From positions 457,696 to 521,695 of the forward strand of contig MU058540.1 of the NCBI GenBank assembly GCA_013265495.1: DNA of 64,000 nt. The letters run 5' to 3'. The position numbers and the translations under genes are program-made. Positions 1 through 16,899 of the stretch are shown here, in pieces. Position 1 is the first letter of the stretch. The number at the start of each line of letters is the position of its first letter. This stretch comes from Vicugna vicugna (taxonomy: Eukaryota). The notes under the pieces were generated by a model, which saw nothing but the letters and a program-made list of their open reading frames with translations, was not told where the DNA came from and ran no database searches.

Positions 1-199
1 TGCACACTACTATATAGTCTCATCTATTCTGCATTTATACAATTCTTATTTTTTTCCCAATTAACTTCTGATTGTCTTTGAAGGACTCCTCAGTTCTCCT
101 GTTCAAATTTCATCTTAATATTTTTGGTTTCTTATTCTAGCTTTTAAATTTTTTCCCAATTCTAATTCTAGTGTCTGATGTATGAGCTACCCTTCTTTC

Positions 200-660
200 T
201 GTCTTAGTTTCCCAGGACTATTAAAACAAATTACCACAAACTGGGCTGCTTAAAACAATAGAAATCTATCCTCCTGACAGTTCAGAAGACTGAAAGTCTT
301 AAGTCAAGGTGTTAGCAGGGCCTTGCTCCCTCTGCAACTCTGGAAGAATCCTCCCTTGCCTCTTCACCCCTTCTAGTGGTTGCTGGCAGTCTTTGGCATT
401 CCGTGACTTGTAGCTGCATGTGTGCAGTTTTTGTCTCCATCTTCACATGGCCATCTTCCCTCTGTGTGTCTCTGGTCTCCAAATCTTCCTCTCCGTATGG
501 ACACCAGTCATTAGATTTAGGGTCCACTCTGATCCAGTATGACCACATCTTAGTATGATTATATTTGCAAGGACCTTATTTCTAAATAAAGTCACATTCA
601 CAAGTTCCGAGTAGACATGAACTTGGCGGGGGCGGGGGAATACTGTTGAATCCAGTATAC
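200..660 (-). mobile_element. MLT1-type MaLR LTR in SYNGAP1 intron
   Basis: Typical MLT1 motifs: tgtcttagtttccc...aaattaccacaaactggg...cttaaaacaatagaaat...caaggtgttagcagggcc...gtcacattc. Confidence 0.75.
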
Positions 661-692
661 ACTTTCTCAGCCCTGTGATTGCTGTCTCATAG

Positions 693-1541
<849 letters not shown>

Positions 1542-1625
1542 TGATCTGGGTGTGGACACTTGCTTATGGGGACTGTAAAGATAGGACACTTCTGTCTTTG
1601 TGAGCTTGGGTTGTATAGAGGCTGA

Positions 1626-1847
<222 letters not shown>

Positions 1848-1990
1848 TAAACATAGCTGCTCCAGACCCCAGTTACACCCTTCCTCAGCTTGATGCTTCT
1901 AAGCCTAGAGTCCCTGGACTCTGGCCTTCAACTGAATTCCGAGATTCCGTGAACCCAGGCAGCCCCTGTCCCTGCCTTTAGAAAGTGTGA

Positions 1991-2164
<174 letters not shown>

Positions 2165-2214
2165 TGAGACTGGGAACGCTGGGTTGGGGGGCTAGGGTTG
2201 GGGAAGTCGTGTGT

Positions 2215-3110
2215 TCATCTGTTCATCCATCTGTCCATCCTCAAAGAGGACCAGTTATGGGCACAGCATTGGTCTCAGTGCTGTAGAGTAGACAGAGAGG
2301 AATGAGGCTTGGCCCTTGCCCTCAGAGGGCCTCCACCAGAATGTGTAGGGACAAATCAGACACACAAAAAGCCACAGAACAGTGTAGTATATGTTAAGTG
2401 CCAAGTAAGGGTCCCCCCACGGTGCAACGTAAGGTCAGAGAAAGCAGAACTTTGGTTGAGATAAGCATGAAAGACTTCATGGAGGAGGTGCCTCTGGGCT
2501 GGGCTTCAAAGACTGGGTCAGGTTTTGAGGTATGGAATATGGTGGGCTAAGAAGACGTTTCAGGAGAAGGCTATGGAACAGGCACATGCGTGAAGGTGAG
2601 AGGACTCGGGACAGCAGTTGAAACTGGTTCAATGGAGCACGTGGCTTGTAAAGGAGAGTGGTGGGAGAGATGTCTGGACAGGGTGAGTGGAGTTAGAATC
2701 TGGAAGGCCTCCGCTGCAAGGGAAAGGAGTTTGAGTTCATTGGTAGGTCATGGGATGCCATTAATGGTGTTGGTGCCAAGAAGTATCACGATTGAGAAGA
2801 TTAATCCTTAAGGGGGTGCAGGAGGTGACAGGAGTAGGGAGAATGAAGTCCAGGCTAGTTGGGGGCTATTGTTAATGGGCCAGGCATGGAAATCAGATCC
2901 TGAATCAGGATGATGGCAGGGACTCATAGAAAGGGGCTGCTGTAAGGACCCTCTGAGAAAAGGATCAGCAAGAATCATCAGCTGATTGGAAAGGAGAGGG
3001 TGTCTGTGGGAAGTCGAGGATGGCTCAAGAGGCCATGAGGCTGAGGTTTGGGAGACCTGTGGTCTCATTGACAGAACCAGGGAAGTCAGGAGGAGGAGCC
3101 TGTTGGAGGT
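2215..3110 (+). mobile_element. Degraded L2 LINE fragments in SYNGAP1 intron 10
   Basis: L2-like motifs (ttcatctgttcatccatc, ggcccttgccctcagag, gaaagacttcatggaggaggtg, ggaaaggagtttgag). Confidence 0.5.
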
Positions 3111-3209
3111 GTGGGGGCCACAGTAAGCTCTGCTTTACACAGTCAGAGTTTAAGGTGTCAATGGGACATTGAAGAGGAGGAACTGGGAGGTGGGGGGAGT
3201 GAGCTCTGA

Positions 3210-3905
<696 letters not shown>

Positions 3906-3908
3906 TGA

Positions 3909-4283
<375 letters not shown>

Positions 4284-4436
4284 TGAGAAACCCACCCCCT
4301 GCACAGATTTTTCTCCTTTCCCTATTCCCAGACGTGTCACTACCACTCCCCCAGCTCACCCACCTTCCACCTGAATCCTCTGAGGTCCCCTTAAAGCTGG
4401 GCACTTAGCTCCCATGTAACAGCCTCCCTGTTCCAG

Positions 4437-4615
4437 GAAGCCCTCTTGAAGCTGGGCCCACTGCCCCGGCTCCTCAACGACATCAGCACAGCTCTGAGGA
4501 ACCCCAACATCCAAAGGCAGCCAAGCCGTCAGAGCGAGCGGCCTCGGCCTCAGCCCGTGGTGCTGCGGGGCCCTTCGGCCGAGATGCAGGGCTACATGAT
4601 GCGGGACCTCAACAG
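4437..4615 (+). CDS. SYNGAP1: SYNGAP1 exon 13
   Basis: ttccag|GAA...AACAG|gtgagt; [32 protein letters not shown]...MRDLN. Confidence 0.96.
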
Positions 4616-5300
4616 GTGAGTGCCTTGGGACCCCCACACCTGCACCCTAGGAGCCCTCACATTTCTGTCCTAATACACTCCACTGGGCTCCACGTGTATC
4701 TCTTGAGGGCTTGAAAGGAGAGAGAAGCAGGTTCTTAGAGCAAATGGTAAGGAGACAGGTACAGCCAGTGGTGAGGCTGAGAGCCTTTTAAAGCCAGATG
4801 GAGCAAGAAACAGAGCCCCCAGAAAAAGTGCAGAGATTCCTCTAGCTCCAGCTTGGTGTAAGCCAAGGGTGTCCGGCTGCAAGCTCTGCTTTGCTTTGTC
4901 CCTCTGCCTGCCTGTGCCTGCTCCAGACCTGAGGTCCAGCCAGTACACACTGAATCAGCCACCTGGTGCCAAAACATTCAGATATCTCTGTACTAGTTGG
5001 TAGAGAAGCACTACCCCCACCAGAGCCCCGCAGACCTTGCCACAAAGTGCGAAATAGCACCTGGACCCCACCCAGCAGGGCCTCCTCCGCTACAGCATTC
5101 TGTCTGGTGGCGCGGCCTTGAGCCACAGCTGCTGCCCCCGTTATTTTGATGACGCCCTGCTTGTTCCTCTGCCCGCGTCTCTCCCTCCATGACGCCATTC
5201 CCATTCCACATTCCCGCCTCTCCTTCCATACGTCCACAACTTCTGCCCGCCTCTCTCCTTCTCTCTGTCTGTGCTTGCCCCTCTTCCCATCTCTCTCCAG

Positions 5301-5342
5301 CTCCATCGACCTTCAGTCCTTCATGGCTCGAGGCCTCAACAG
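5301..5342 (+). CDS. SYNGAP1: SYNGAP1 exon 14 (42-nt frame-preserving cassette exon)
   Basis: ctccag|CTCC...AACAG|gtgagg; SIDLQSFMARGLN; symmetric phase. Confidence 0.93.
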
Positions 5343-5657
5343 GTGAGGGGCTCTCCCCTCCCCCGCCCTCCTCTCCGTTCCTGTCTGCTCCCCTCTCCCC
5401 CTCCAGTGGCCTTCACCTTCCGCCGCTCCTCTTCTCCTCCATGCACCCTCATCTCCTCCATATCTGCCCAGATCTGCCCCTCATCCCTCCTCTTGCTGCC
5501 CCATCTCCCCTCCCTGAGGCCTCCCTCCCTTCCTGGAGGGGCCTTGTCCTTTCCTTTTTTCCTCGTATCCCCTCCTGTCCTCCTTGCCTGCCTGCCCTCT
5601 CCAGAGCTGCCACCACCAGCTCTCAGCCCTTCCCGTGGGTCCCACTTCTCACCCTGA

Positions 5658-6929
<1,272 letters not shown>

Positions 6930-7116
6930 TAGAGTCCCTGCTGTGCGCCTGTGCTGTTCTAGGCACTGTGCGGTGAACCACAGAACTCCCTGCCCTTGTG
7001 GAGCGCACGTTCAAAGGGGAGACCTGATAACTAATGATAGCTTTTACGAGGTGATCTGTGCTAGAGCAGGGGAACAGGATGGGGACTCTCCTCTCTTGGC
7101 AATGCCCACTCTCTAA

Positions 7117-7407
<291 letters not shown>

Positions 7408-8357
7408 TAGTGCCTTCCAAGGGCAACATCTGGGGTCGGGTAGTTACGATGAAAAGAAAGGACAAAGATCTGATCCGCTCTCTGGAGAAATCCTCAGTCT
7501 ACCAAGCAAGGCCAGATACAATCAGTCCACTGAAAAGCCACTTTCAGCTGTTTTGTGGGTTGCACACATCACAGATTTCCCCAGGGGAATCAAGTTCTCT
7601 ATTAGACTACATCTATGTTTTTCCCCGGGGAGAACATAAGCCCTGGCTCCTGTGACTGCTCAGGAAAGTTACTTCGCCAGCAGTGTGAGTTGATAAATTG
7701 GGTGGGGGCAGAGAGGTTGCAGTTGTACTACAAGTGAAGTACAGCTTACACAGTCACTGTCCCATGGACATCGGTGACAGAGGGTTGGTGGTTAGAGGTT
7801 GCATGTTGGAAAGTGGGGTGTATCAGCCCATGTGTGGAAAGAGTATCCTGACTCTCAGCTGGTAGTGGCCCAGAGCAAAAAACAGCAAGAGCTCTGGGGT
7901 TCACACACTTAGCAGAAAGTTCCTTTATGGGAAGCCGTTGCTGCAAGGATGGGGAAGAGGAGGAGGAAGAGGGTGGCTGTGTATTAGATTATATGTAAAG
8001 ACTATATACTCCAACTTGGGGGAGCAGAGAGGTTTTGTGAGGCAAGTGGTCTCTGAACAGAGCAAAATGTTGGGATTGATTTAGATGCACTTGAGCTAAG
8101 AGAATATCTTCAGGCCATATAATAAATTATTTCCAGCACCATTTAACAAGCTGAGGACAAAATGCATTCAGAGTGTGTCTGTGGGTCTAAGTCCAGGTGC
8201 AGGTCCTCACATGTCCAGATACATACATGAGAGCATGTATATTCCTCTCAGGGAGTGAGAGCTATGATCTTGCTCTATTTTGAGGGAGCCTCGGCCCCAT
8301 AGAATGGCCTTTTTAAAAGCCACTGTGTGTATGATCAACAGGCAAGGAAAGGGCTAG

Positions 8358-8693
<336 letters not shown>

Positions 8694-9657
8694 TGAGGAG
8701 CGGCCCGGGGAGGAGTAGCAAAGGAGAGGGTGAGGCTAAAGAGGGGCAGTGAGCTCCCCCTCCAGCCCCCAGACCCTTTCCTCCAACTCAGGACACTACG
8801 AGGGAAGCCCACCACTCTGCTCTCGGGGATGCCAGCCACTCTCCCATCACCTGATGGAGAGAAGCCTCTTGCTTAGTGCATTACACGTTCCTTTACTAAA
8901 CCCCGACCTCTCTCCTGATGGAGTAACTTCTGAAGCCCTTGGTAAACTACCTCTTACTGTCCAACCATCACTGTGTGTCTGGACCAGGCCTAGGCTGGGA
9001 CTCCCCACTGCTTACTCTCAAGCCAGCCTAAGCATGGGTCCCTTAGCCATAGTAGCCCCTGACTACCCCATCCTGGGCACACCCTTCCTCTCCAGTCTCG
9101 GAAAGGTGTTCCATTAGAAAGTGAATGACGCTTGTTTAGCCTGTGCACATTTTTAACTGCTCTCCCAAGCCCTGGGCTCCAAAGGAGGCATCTCAACAAG
9201 GCAGGGGGGATGTGGTGAGTTATCTTGAGAATTGGTGGGACCCCAGGCCCCACTTCAGCCAGAGCCAGCTCCATTTCAATCCATTCTAAATGTATTTTTG
9301 AGTAAAATTAATTAGAAGACAACTGCTTGACTTGAAACTGTTTCGAAAACCGCTGCTTTGAAATCCTTTGTGAGCAGTCACCTGGAGAATCTTCTTCAAA
9401 GGCAGGGAGATGCTGGGAATGACTATGTAAAGATTCCTTTTGGGCAAGGGGTGTCCAGGAGCTGCCCTGAAGATGGCCTAGGTTCTGTGAGGTGGAGGGG
9501 GGATGTAGAAGCCAGGTCTTCAGCTGCAGAGGTTCTGAGGGCGGGCACTGTCGTGAAGGGAGCTTGGAGTGCCAGAGTGTCTGGTAGTAGAGGTCTTTGA
9601 GGCAAAGAAAACTCCTTAGCAGGGAGATGTGAGCATCCCTGAGAGGAAGGTGAATGA

Positions 9658-10383
<726 letters not shown>

Positions 10384-10802
10384 TGAGGACTTGAGTTCCT
10401 CGTCACCGCTGTTCTCTTGGCTCCCCAACTTCCCTCACTCTTTGATAGCTCCCGCTTAGCTTCCCCTTCCTGACTCCTCAGATCTTGAGGGCCTCCCACC
10501 CTCCCTGCAAGCTCTCCCATCCTTCCCTCAGTGTTGAAGTCCAGCCTTCTTTGGCCTGTCTCTCCCTCTGGTCCTCACATCTGACCAGCCTCTCTAGCTC
10601 CCTGCTGCCTCCCTCTCTTTCAGCAGCCAGCTTTCAGGACCTCCCTCCTGCACTCTTTCCCTTTGTTCCCCACCCCCACCCCCCACCCCCGTTCTGCTCA
10701 CTTTCCTACCCATGCTCCTCTCTCCTCCGCTCTGACCTCCAGGCTCCCCCTCAACCACCACCAAGGCTCCTGATCCCATGACCCCACTCTCTCCCCCTGC
10801 AG

Positions 10803-10817
10803 CTCCTCATCAGGTAA
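10803..10817 (+). CDS. SYNGAP1: SYNGAP1 exon 19 coding part (gamma C-terminus LLIR*)
   Basis: Polypyrimidine tract then ctgcag|CTC CTC ATC AGG TAA. Confidence 0.88.
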   Translation, partial: LLIR

Positions 10818-13592
10818 TTCTCCTGGTTCCGCTTTGACCACGGGCGGAGGACACAGGGGGAGGTGACTCCGGACCACTGCAGGTTGGTCGTGAAGCCCAC
10901 TCCCCTCTGACTCTCCAGAGCCTCCCCTCCTCTCACTGCTGCCCTCCACACCCGAGAACCTCCACACACCCTACCCTCATGACACCTCCTGCACAGACCC
11001 ACCTCCCAAGGCACTGCCCAAAGAGAGCACTTCCTCCGCCTCCCAGAACTGTCCAGGGCCACCTCACCATCAGTAGGCGTTTGACCCTAGGCCGGCCCAG
11101 CACATTCCCCGATCACACTCCCTTTCCTACAAAACCCACCCCAGCCTCCTGACTCTCAGTTCTCTTCCTCTGCCTCTCCAGTGTATGTCTGTCACCCCCC
11201 ATTTCACCAAAGCGTCCTTGGGGTTGGGACACTGGGGGTGGAGTTTGTTAAAGGGGTAGTGGTGCTGGGTTGGAGGGCCCTGGCTAGAGGGGCTGTGCTG
11301 ACTGCGGCAGGTAGGTTGGGATTTCCTCTTCCTTCTCCTTCACCTTGGTTCTGTAGAGAACCCTCCTTCCTTCCACCCCTCACCTGCTTCTCTCTCTTCC
11401 TCCCTCCTTACATCTGTGAGGTTGAAGGCTTCTGGGGCTCCTATTCGGTCCCACTGGGTGGGAATTAAGAGTGGGTGGTTAGGGAGACTTTGGGGGGCTC
11501 GGAAGGGTGTCGGGAACGTAAGCAGGGTGAGTGGAGCAAGAAGGAGCCTTGACAGATGTTAGGATGTGGACTGGCCCGTCGGGCGTGGGAGTTGGAAGTG
11601 GAGTGAGATGTCCTCCCAGATAAGATCATGGGCTGGGTAGCCATGTTGATTCCCGGGCAGAGATGCCAGGAACAGCAGGTTAAATAAACGCAGGGGTTGC
11701 TGATGCCACTCACTCCCCGTCTCCCGCCACCCAGTGGCCTTGCCGGACGCAGAATCCTACCTAAAAAGCCAGTAAATGGGAACCTGTCAGCCAGTGACAT
11801 CATTTCTGAGATGCTTTATTTCCTGTGGGCCTGATCTGCAGTGGGCAGTGGCTCCTCACACTGTAATTTTAACTCTCTGCCTGCCCAGCCTCTCTGTCAA
11901 AGTAGTTAGTGATCTGAAAACAGATGCTACAAGGCACCAGGGGACCTCACCATTTAAAGGACTCCTGCGGGGAATTCTTTTGTAAAATGAATAATGGCAC
12001 CCTAATTTATCTGCTTTCTAAATTTGGGTCCATGGGGGTGTAGGGGGCATGCCTATGTGCTGTTGCCAGCAGACAAGCAGAGGGAAGGGAATCTGAGGTT
12101 TCCTTCCCCTGCTCTCCTGCCACACTCAGGATACCCCACCATACGTAATTTCCTCTCTTGCTGACTTGTGGAAAATGTGTGAGATTTCAGCAAGCTAGGA
12201 GGGCGGTTTGGCTTAAATCTGGGGTTTGAGTGACCTGAGAGATGAGCTCTTTGATTTGGAAGGAAGAGCTGATCTGGGAGCCTCTGCTGAAATGTTTTTA
12301 TGTCTTTTAGAGATTTGATCATACACAGCTAGGTTGCCTGGCCCTGTGGTCCAGGAAATAATTTGGACACTTTTTCTAAACCACTTTCAGGTATTGGTCC
12401 TTCTGCAACTCAGCCATTAATGTAAAAATTCATTTTGTGCCTGCATTTTTAAAAGCCAAGGGAGCGACCTGAAGTGTAGAACACATGGCTTTCTTCTCCT
12501 CTCCCTGCAGAGGAACAGAAGCCAGAGCTGAGGGTAGGAGCCAGGAGTTGGTCCAGGAGTGGTAGGAGCGGGCAGAATAGGACCAGGGGTGGGAGTAGGG
12601 TTTGGTACCCCTCACCCTCTAACTGAGAGCCCAGGGTGAGGGAATGAAAGGAATGTGGGGGTGGAAAGGAATGAAGCCTTTCTGCTTCCTGGGGATGCAG
12701 AGATCGGGCCTGCTGAGTCTCTGCAGAAGCTCCTAGTCCTTTCTTTTCTGCCATTAGCATGAGAGAGAGGCAGCCCTCCCACAATATTTTTACCTTCCCA
12801 CATCACTTCCCTGAATCCCCTTCCTTTCCCCCCAGTACAGTTAAACCTCTCTAATTTGGAATGTTATATTTGAGAAGATGGCCACTCTGAATAAGTGACA
12901 AAACTGAATGACAGTGTCTATTTAATGAAATGCATGTCTTCAAAATACATACAGTAAGTAGCACTCGATGAACAAGGCGTTTCCACTCGAGGCCCTCAGG
13001 GAGCATGCGTTAATGAATAAATAGGCTTGAAAAGTCTGTTTTCTGGTATAGGTTAAATATTCCTTCCCACAGACACATTTCCACTATTAATTTGCTTAGT
13101 ACACCCTTTTTTCACAGATAAAAGGAAACTCAAGCCCAGTTTTTGTTCAAATTATGAAAAATTCCAAATCCACGGGGGTTTGGATTAATGAGGTTTTGCT
13201 GTACTGCCTCCCCTTGTTCCCTCTCCACAGAGTTCCTACCTCAGATTGGAGGTGGGCTGAGAGGGGGGTCCCCGGGGTGGGGGCGTGGGTGGGCAGGGGG
13301 AGATACAGGATTCGGCTGGTGGGGAGATAGGAACTTGTTTTTTTTGAACTGGTTTCCTGGTGTGACTCTGTGGGTTGAAGGTCCCTGTTGGGGGTTGAGG
13401 GGGTGTTGTATGTGAGATGCTCTTCTCCCTGACCCCAGAAGATGTAACTTTTCCTGCAGGTGAGAAACCAGGAGGATGCAGGTCGGGGTGTCTGGGGGAG
13501 GGGGGTGGGATATGGTTTATGGAGTGGGCTGGCTATGGGGGAGGCCACTGCTGGGGGGCTGGCACCCATATCCCTGCGAAGCGTCTCAATAA

Positions 13593-13769
<177 letters not shown>

Positions 13770-15534
13770 CCCACCCAGCATCACAGACTTCCTCCTCCTC
13801 CCTCCCGTGCACCCCACCCTGGAACAGCACCAACCACCAGGACTGGACGTAGTCGCCGAGGGACAGCGGGATTGCCTCCCTGAATGCCTCCCTGGGGGGG
13901 CACCATTCCCCCTCCCCCACTGCACCATTTCCAGGAGGGAGAGTGGGGACTCTTAGTTGCCCCCTTTTCCTTCCTGTTGGGGTGCTGCCCCTGTGACCCC
14001 CAGGAACCCCTGCCCCAGGACACCACCTACCCCACACAGACCCCTTCACTCCGGGGTGCTATCCCCATCCTCTGCCTCATCGTTCCCCTGAGCACTGGGG
14101 GACAGATCCTCGCCCCCACCCTGGGGGTGTGGCACCTCCAAACTTTCAACTTCAGGGTGATTTTTTTAGCAGTAACCAGAGCTGACAATCTTACTCCCCT
14201 CCACCGCCCCATTTTGGCCTCCCTTGTCCCCCTTGTTATGGGGAGGGGACCCCAGGTGAGGGGGCCCTATTACCCCTTGATTTCTCAGGAGCGTCTGGGG
14301 GGGCTCAGCACGCACAAACTCCTTCTCCTCCTACCACTCTTAAATTTACTCCCTTCCCACCCAGAACCCAGATGGGGTGGAGGGGCCACCGGGGCAGGGA
14401 GGGGGCGGCAAGGGGGGAATGGGAGTTTTCTCCCCTTCTTCCCATACCTGATCTGCTCTTGGCTGGTCCCAGAGCGGGGTGAGGGGGCTTATGCCCCCCC
14501 CTCCCCCAGTGTGTTGGGTGGGGCGGAACTGAGGTTAGGGTGAGGGGTTAGGGTTTAGGAGGGTGTGTATGTCAGGGAGGACAGACTAGTTAATCTGCCC
14601 TATCCTGACACACACAGCCCCCACTACCCCTCGCTTCTCTCTTCTTGGTCTCTACTCCCAGGGGGAGGGGGGAACTTACTCTAGGAAAAGCCATGTCTCT
14701 CTCCCCCAGGGTGGGGGGACCTGTGTTGGAGGAGGGGTGTTGAGGGCCCCCTTCCATGACTCTGTCTCCCGGGGGAGGTAGGACAGGGCTGGGCTTCCCT
14801 CTCATCCTCCCCGCCCTCCCCAATCTCCCTCCACCTCCCTCCCTCCCGCCAGCTCCACAATTTTTCGGTGTTTCTCTGTACATAGCTCTCTGGCGGGATA
14901 GGGGAGGTAGGATGGATGGGGTTTGGGGTGGGTAGGTCATAGGAGGGGAGAAGCCCCTCCTTGGCACCCCCTCTTCCCTGACTGCTGTCCCCTACCCAGC
15001 CTTGCCCCCTCATCCCTTCTTGCGTTTGGTATTGAGACTCTTCCCAGACTCCACCCTTCTTTCTTTTGTATGGACAGTTCCCCTTCAGTTCCATCCCCCT
15101 ATACACATACACCCAGCCGGGGCCAAATTTATACTTATATAAAAGTTGTAAATATGTGAAATTTTATCCCTGTGCCCTTTCCTGCTTTCCCAACCTCATA
15201 CCCTACCCCTGGACTCCCTTTCCTCTTCTCTTCTTTGGCTGTTGTAATTATCTGGGGTTTGTATTGTACATATCGGGGTGTGTGTGTGTGGGCTGGGGGC
15301 AACCCCTCTGTACAGAGCTTCCTGGCCCCCTCCCCCCCAGGCTTCCCTCCCCAGCCACCACCCTAAGGGTAGGGAGATGTTCTTCCTACCTGTTTTATTT
15401 TGTTTTCTCGTTCTCCCTCCCCACCCTACCCGACTCCCAGCCTACTCTATCCCCTACCACTGGCCCTTTTTCTCCACTCCCAGCCCCATTTCCTTTTTTT
15501 CTGGAGTGTGTGGTGAAACAGAAAAATCATGTTT

Positions 15535-15540
15535 AATAAA
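15535..15540 (+). terminator. SYNGAP1: SYNGAP1 polyadenylation signal
   Basis: AATAAA at the end of a ~1.8-kb 3' UTR, followed by a GU/U-rich element (ttgttcttttatcgctgtg). Confidence 0.8.
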
Positions 15541-15904
15541 CGGAGATTGTTCTTTTATCGCTGTGCTGACTTTCCTAGGATGGGACCTCCAGGAGAACCA
15601 GTAGGAACAGCCTGGGAGAAACTGTATATCCCTGCGTGATGCCATAGTCTCCCCCTAGAATATCACTCTCCCAATTAGCAAGGAGATTTATTCTATTTTA
15701 CAGCAGGGGTTTCGTACTTGCCAAAATTAACCAGTCTATCCCCTCACCACTGCGCCACTTAACAGGAAGGACTAAAGAGGTCAAGGAACACCAGCATTCT
15801 CTGATAAAGGATTCCACGTTTATATCTACATATACCTTAAAAAAAATAGTAGTTACCTAGAAATGAAGTTTATTTAATTTCCGGTTAAAATTCTCCCATG
15901 CGTA

Positions 15905-16080
15905 ATGGAGGAAAGAACTTGGTTCCCTAGCGAATCTGGGTTCCAGCCCCAGGCCCACCACTTGGCAGCCTCAGTTTCCCCCGAGGGAAGTCAGGATGGC
16001 AACACCTACCTCGCAGGCAGAGTGGAGGGGGAGTGAGATACAAGATGATGAGGACAATACCTAACCCATAGAGTAGGTGC
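15905..16080 (+). mobile_element. MIR SINE fragment
   Basis: ctgggttccagcccc...gcctcagtttccc...cacctacctcgcagg MIR core-like motifs. Confidence 0.5.
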
Positions 16081-16099
16081 TAACTTACTTTCGCCCTCT

Positions 16100-16620
16100 C
16101 AGCACCTACTGGGCGCGGGCGCTACGTTTAATCACCGGAATGGCTCTCAGGTCGCCCTCTCCGTTCAGGGTACGTTCTCCCGAAGCCCGATTCCTTGACC
16201 TCGGAGAGGCGGCCGCTCCATCCGCAGCCCCGCTGAGGCCAGCGGCTGCCCGCCAGCACCGCCTTCTCTCCAGCGCAACCAATCAGCACAAAGCTTGTAA
16301 GCCTGCGCCTCTCGATTGGCTGCGGCCCTGGCCCCGCCCGCCTTCCCTGCGTCGGCGTCCGGCCGAGAGGCGGTGGCTTCCGGCCGGGGCGGCGCGGTCT
16401 TTGCAGAGGTCCTCCGGGCGTTGGGCCGCGTGTGTACCCGTGGGGGCGTGGCGACGGAAAGGGCCGCCTGGCCGGCACTCGTGGGGTCCCGGTGGCTGTG
16501 TTTGCCCGGGAGCCGGACTCTGTGGGCACGTGAGTGGGAGCGGAGCGGCGGGCGGGAGCGGTCCTGGCCGGCGAGGTCCGGCTCGTGGCTGAAGGACCTC
16601 CTTGTCTTCCACAGTCTCTG
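16100..16620 (+). promoter_or_regulatory. ZBTB9: ZBTB9 CpG-island promoter and non-coding exon 1 (donor gtgagt at 16530)
   Basis: High CpG density; CCAAT 16279-16283 and ATTGG 16315-16319; GC box ~16331; ETS-like cttccgg ~16378; candidate acceptors after 16821 and 16893. Confidence 0.85.
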
Positions 16621-16899
16621 GAAGTTAAAGCCCCGGTTGGTGTTTTGTTGTGGCGGTTTGTTTTTGTTTTCTTGGCGGGGGAGTGCGCGGGACTTAGCTG
16701 CCGGAACTATTACTAACTGAAAAGTTTCCACATGTTGGGGGGCAGGGGAGGCGGGCTTTGTTTGAGGAGACACGGTTCCACTTATCCGGAGCTGCTGTGA
16801 CCCCTTCTCTTTCCTCCGCAGCCTTTCTCCCGCGCGGGCTCTACCCCGCCCCTCACCTCCTGTGCTCCTTCCTCTGGGATCTCTCTTTCCCAGGAGGCC

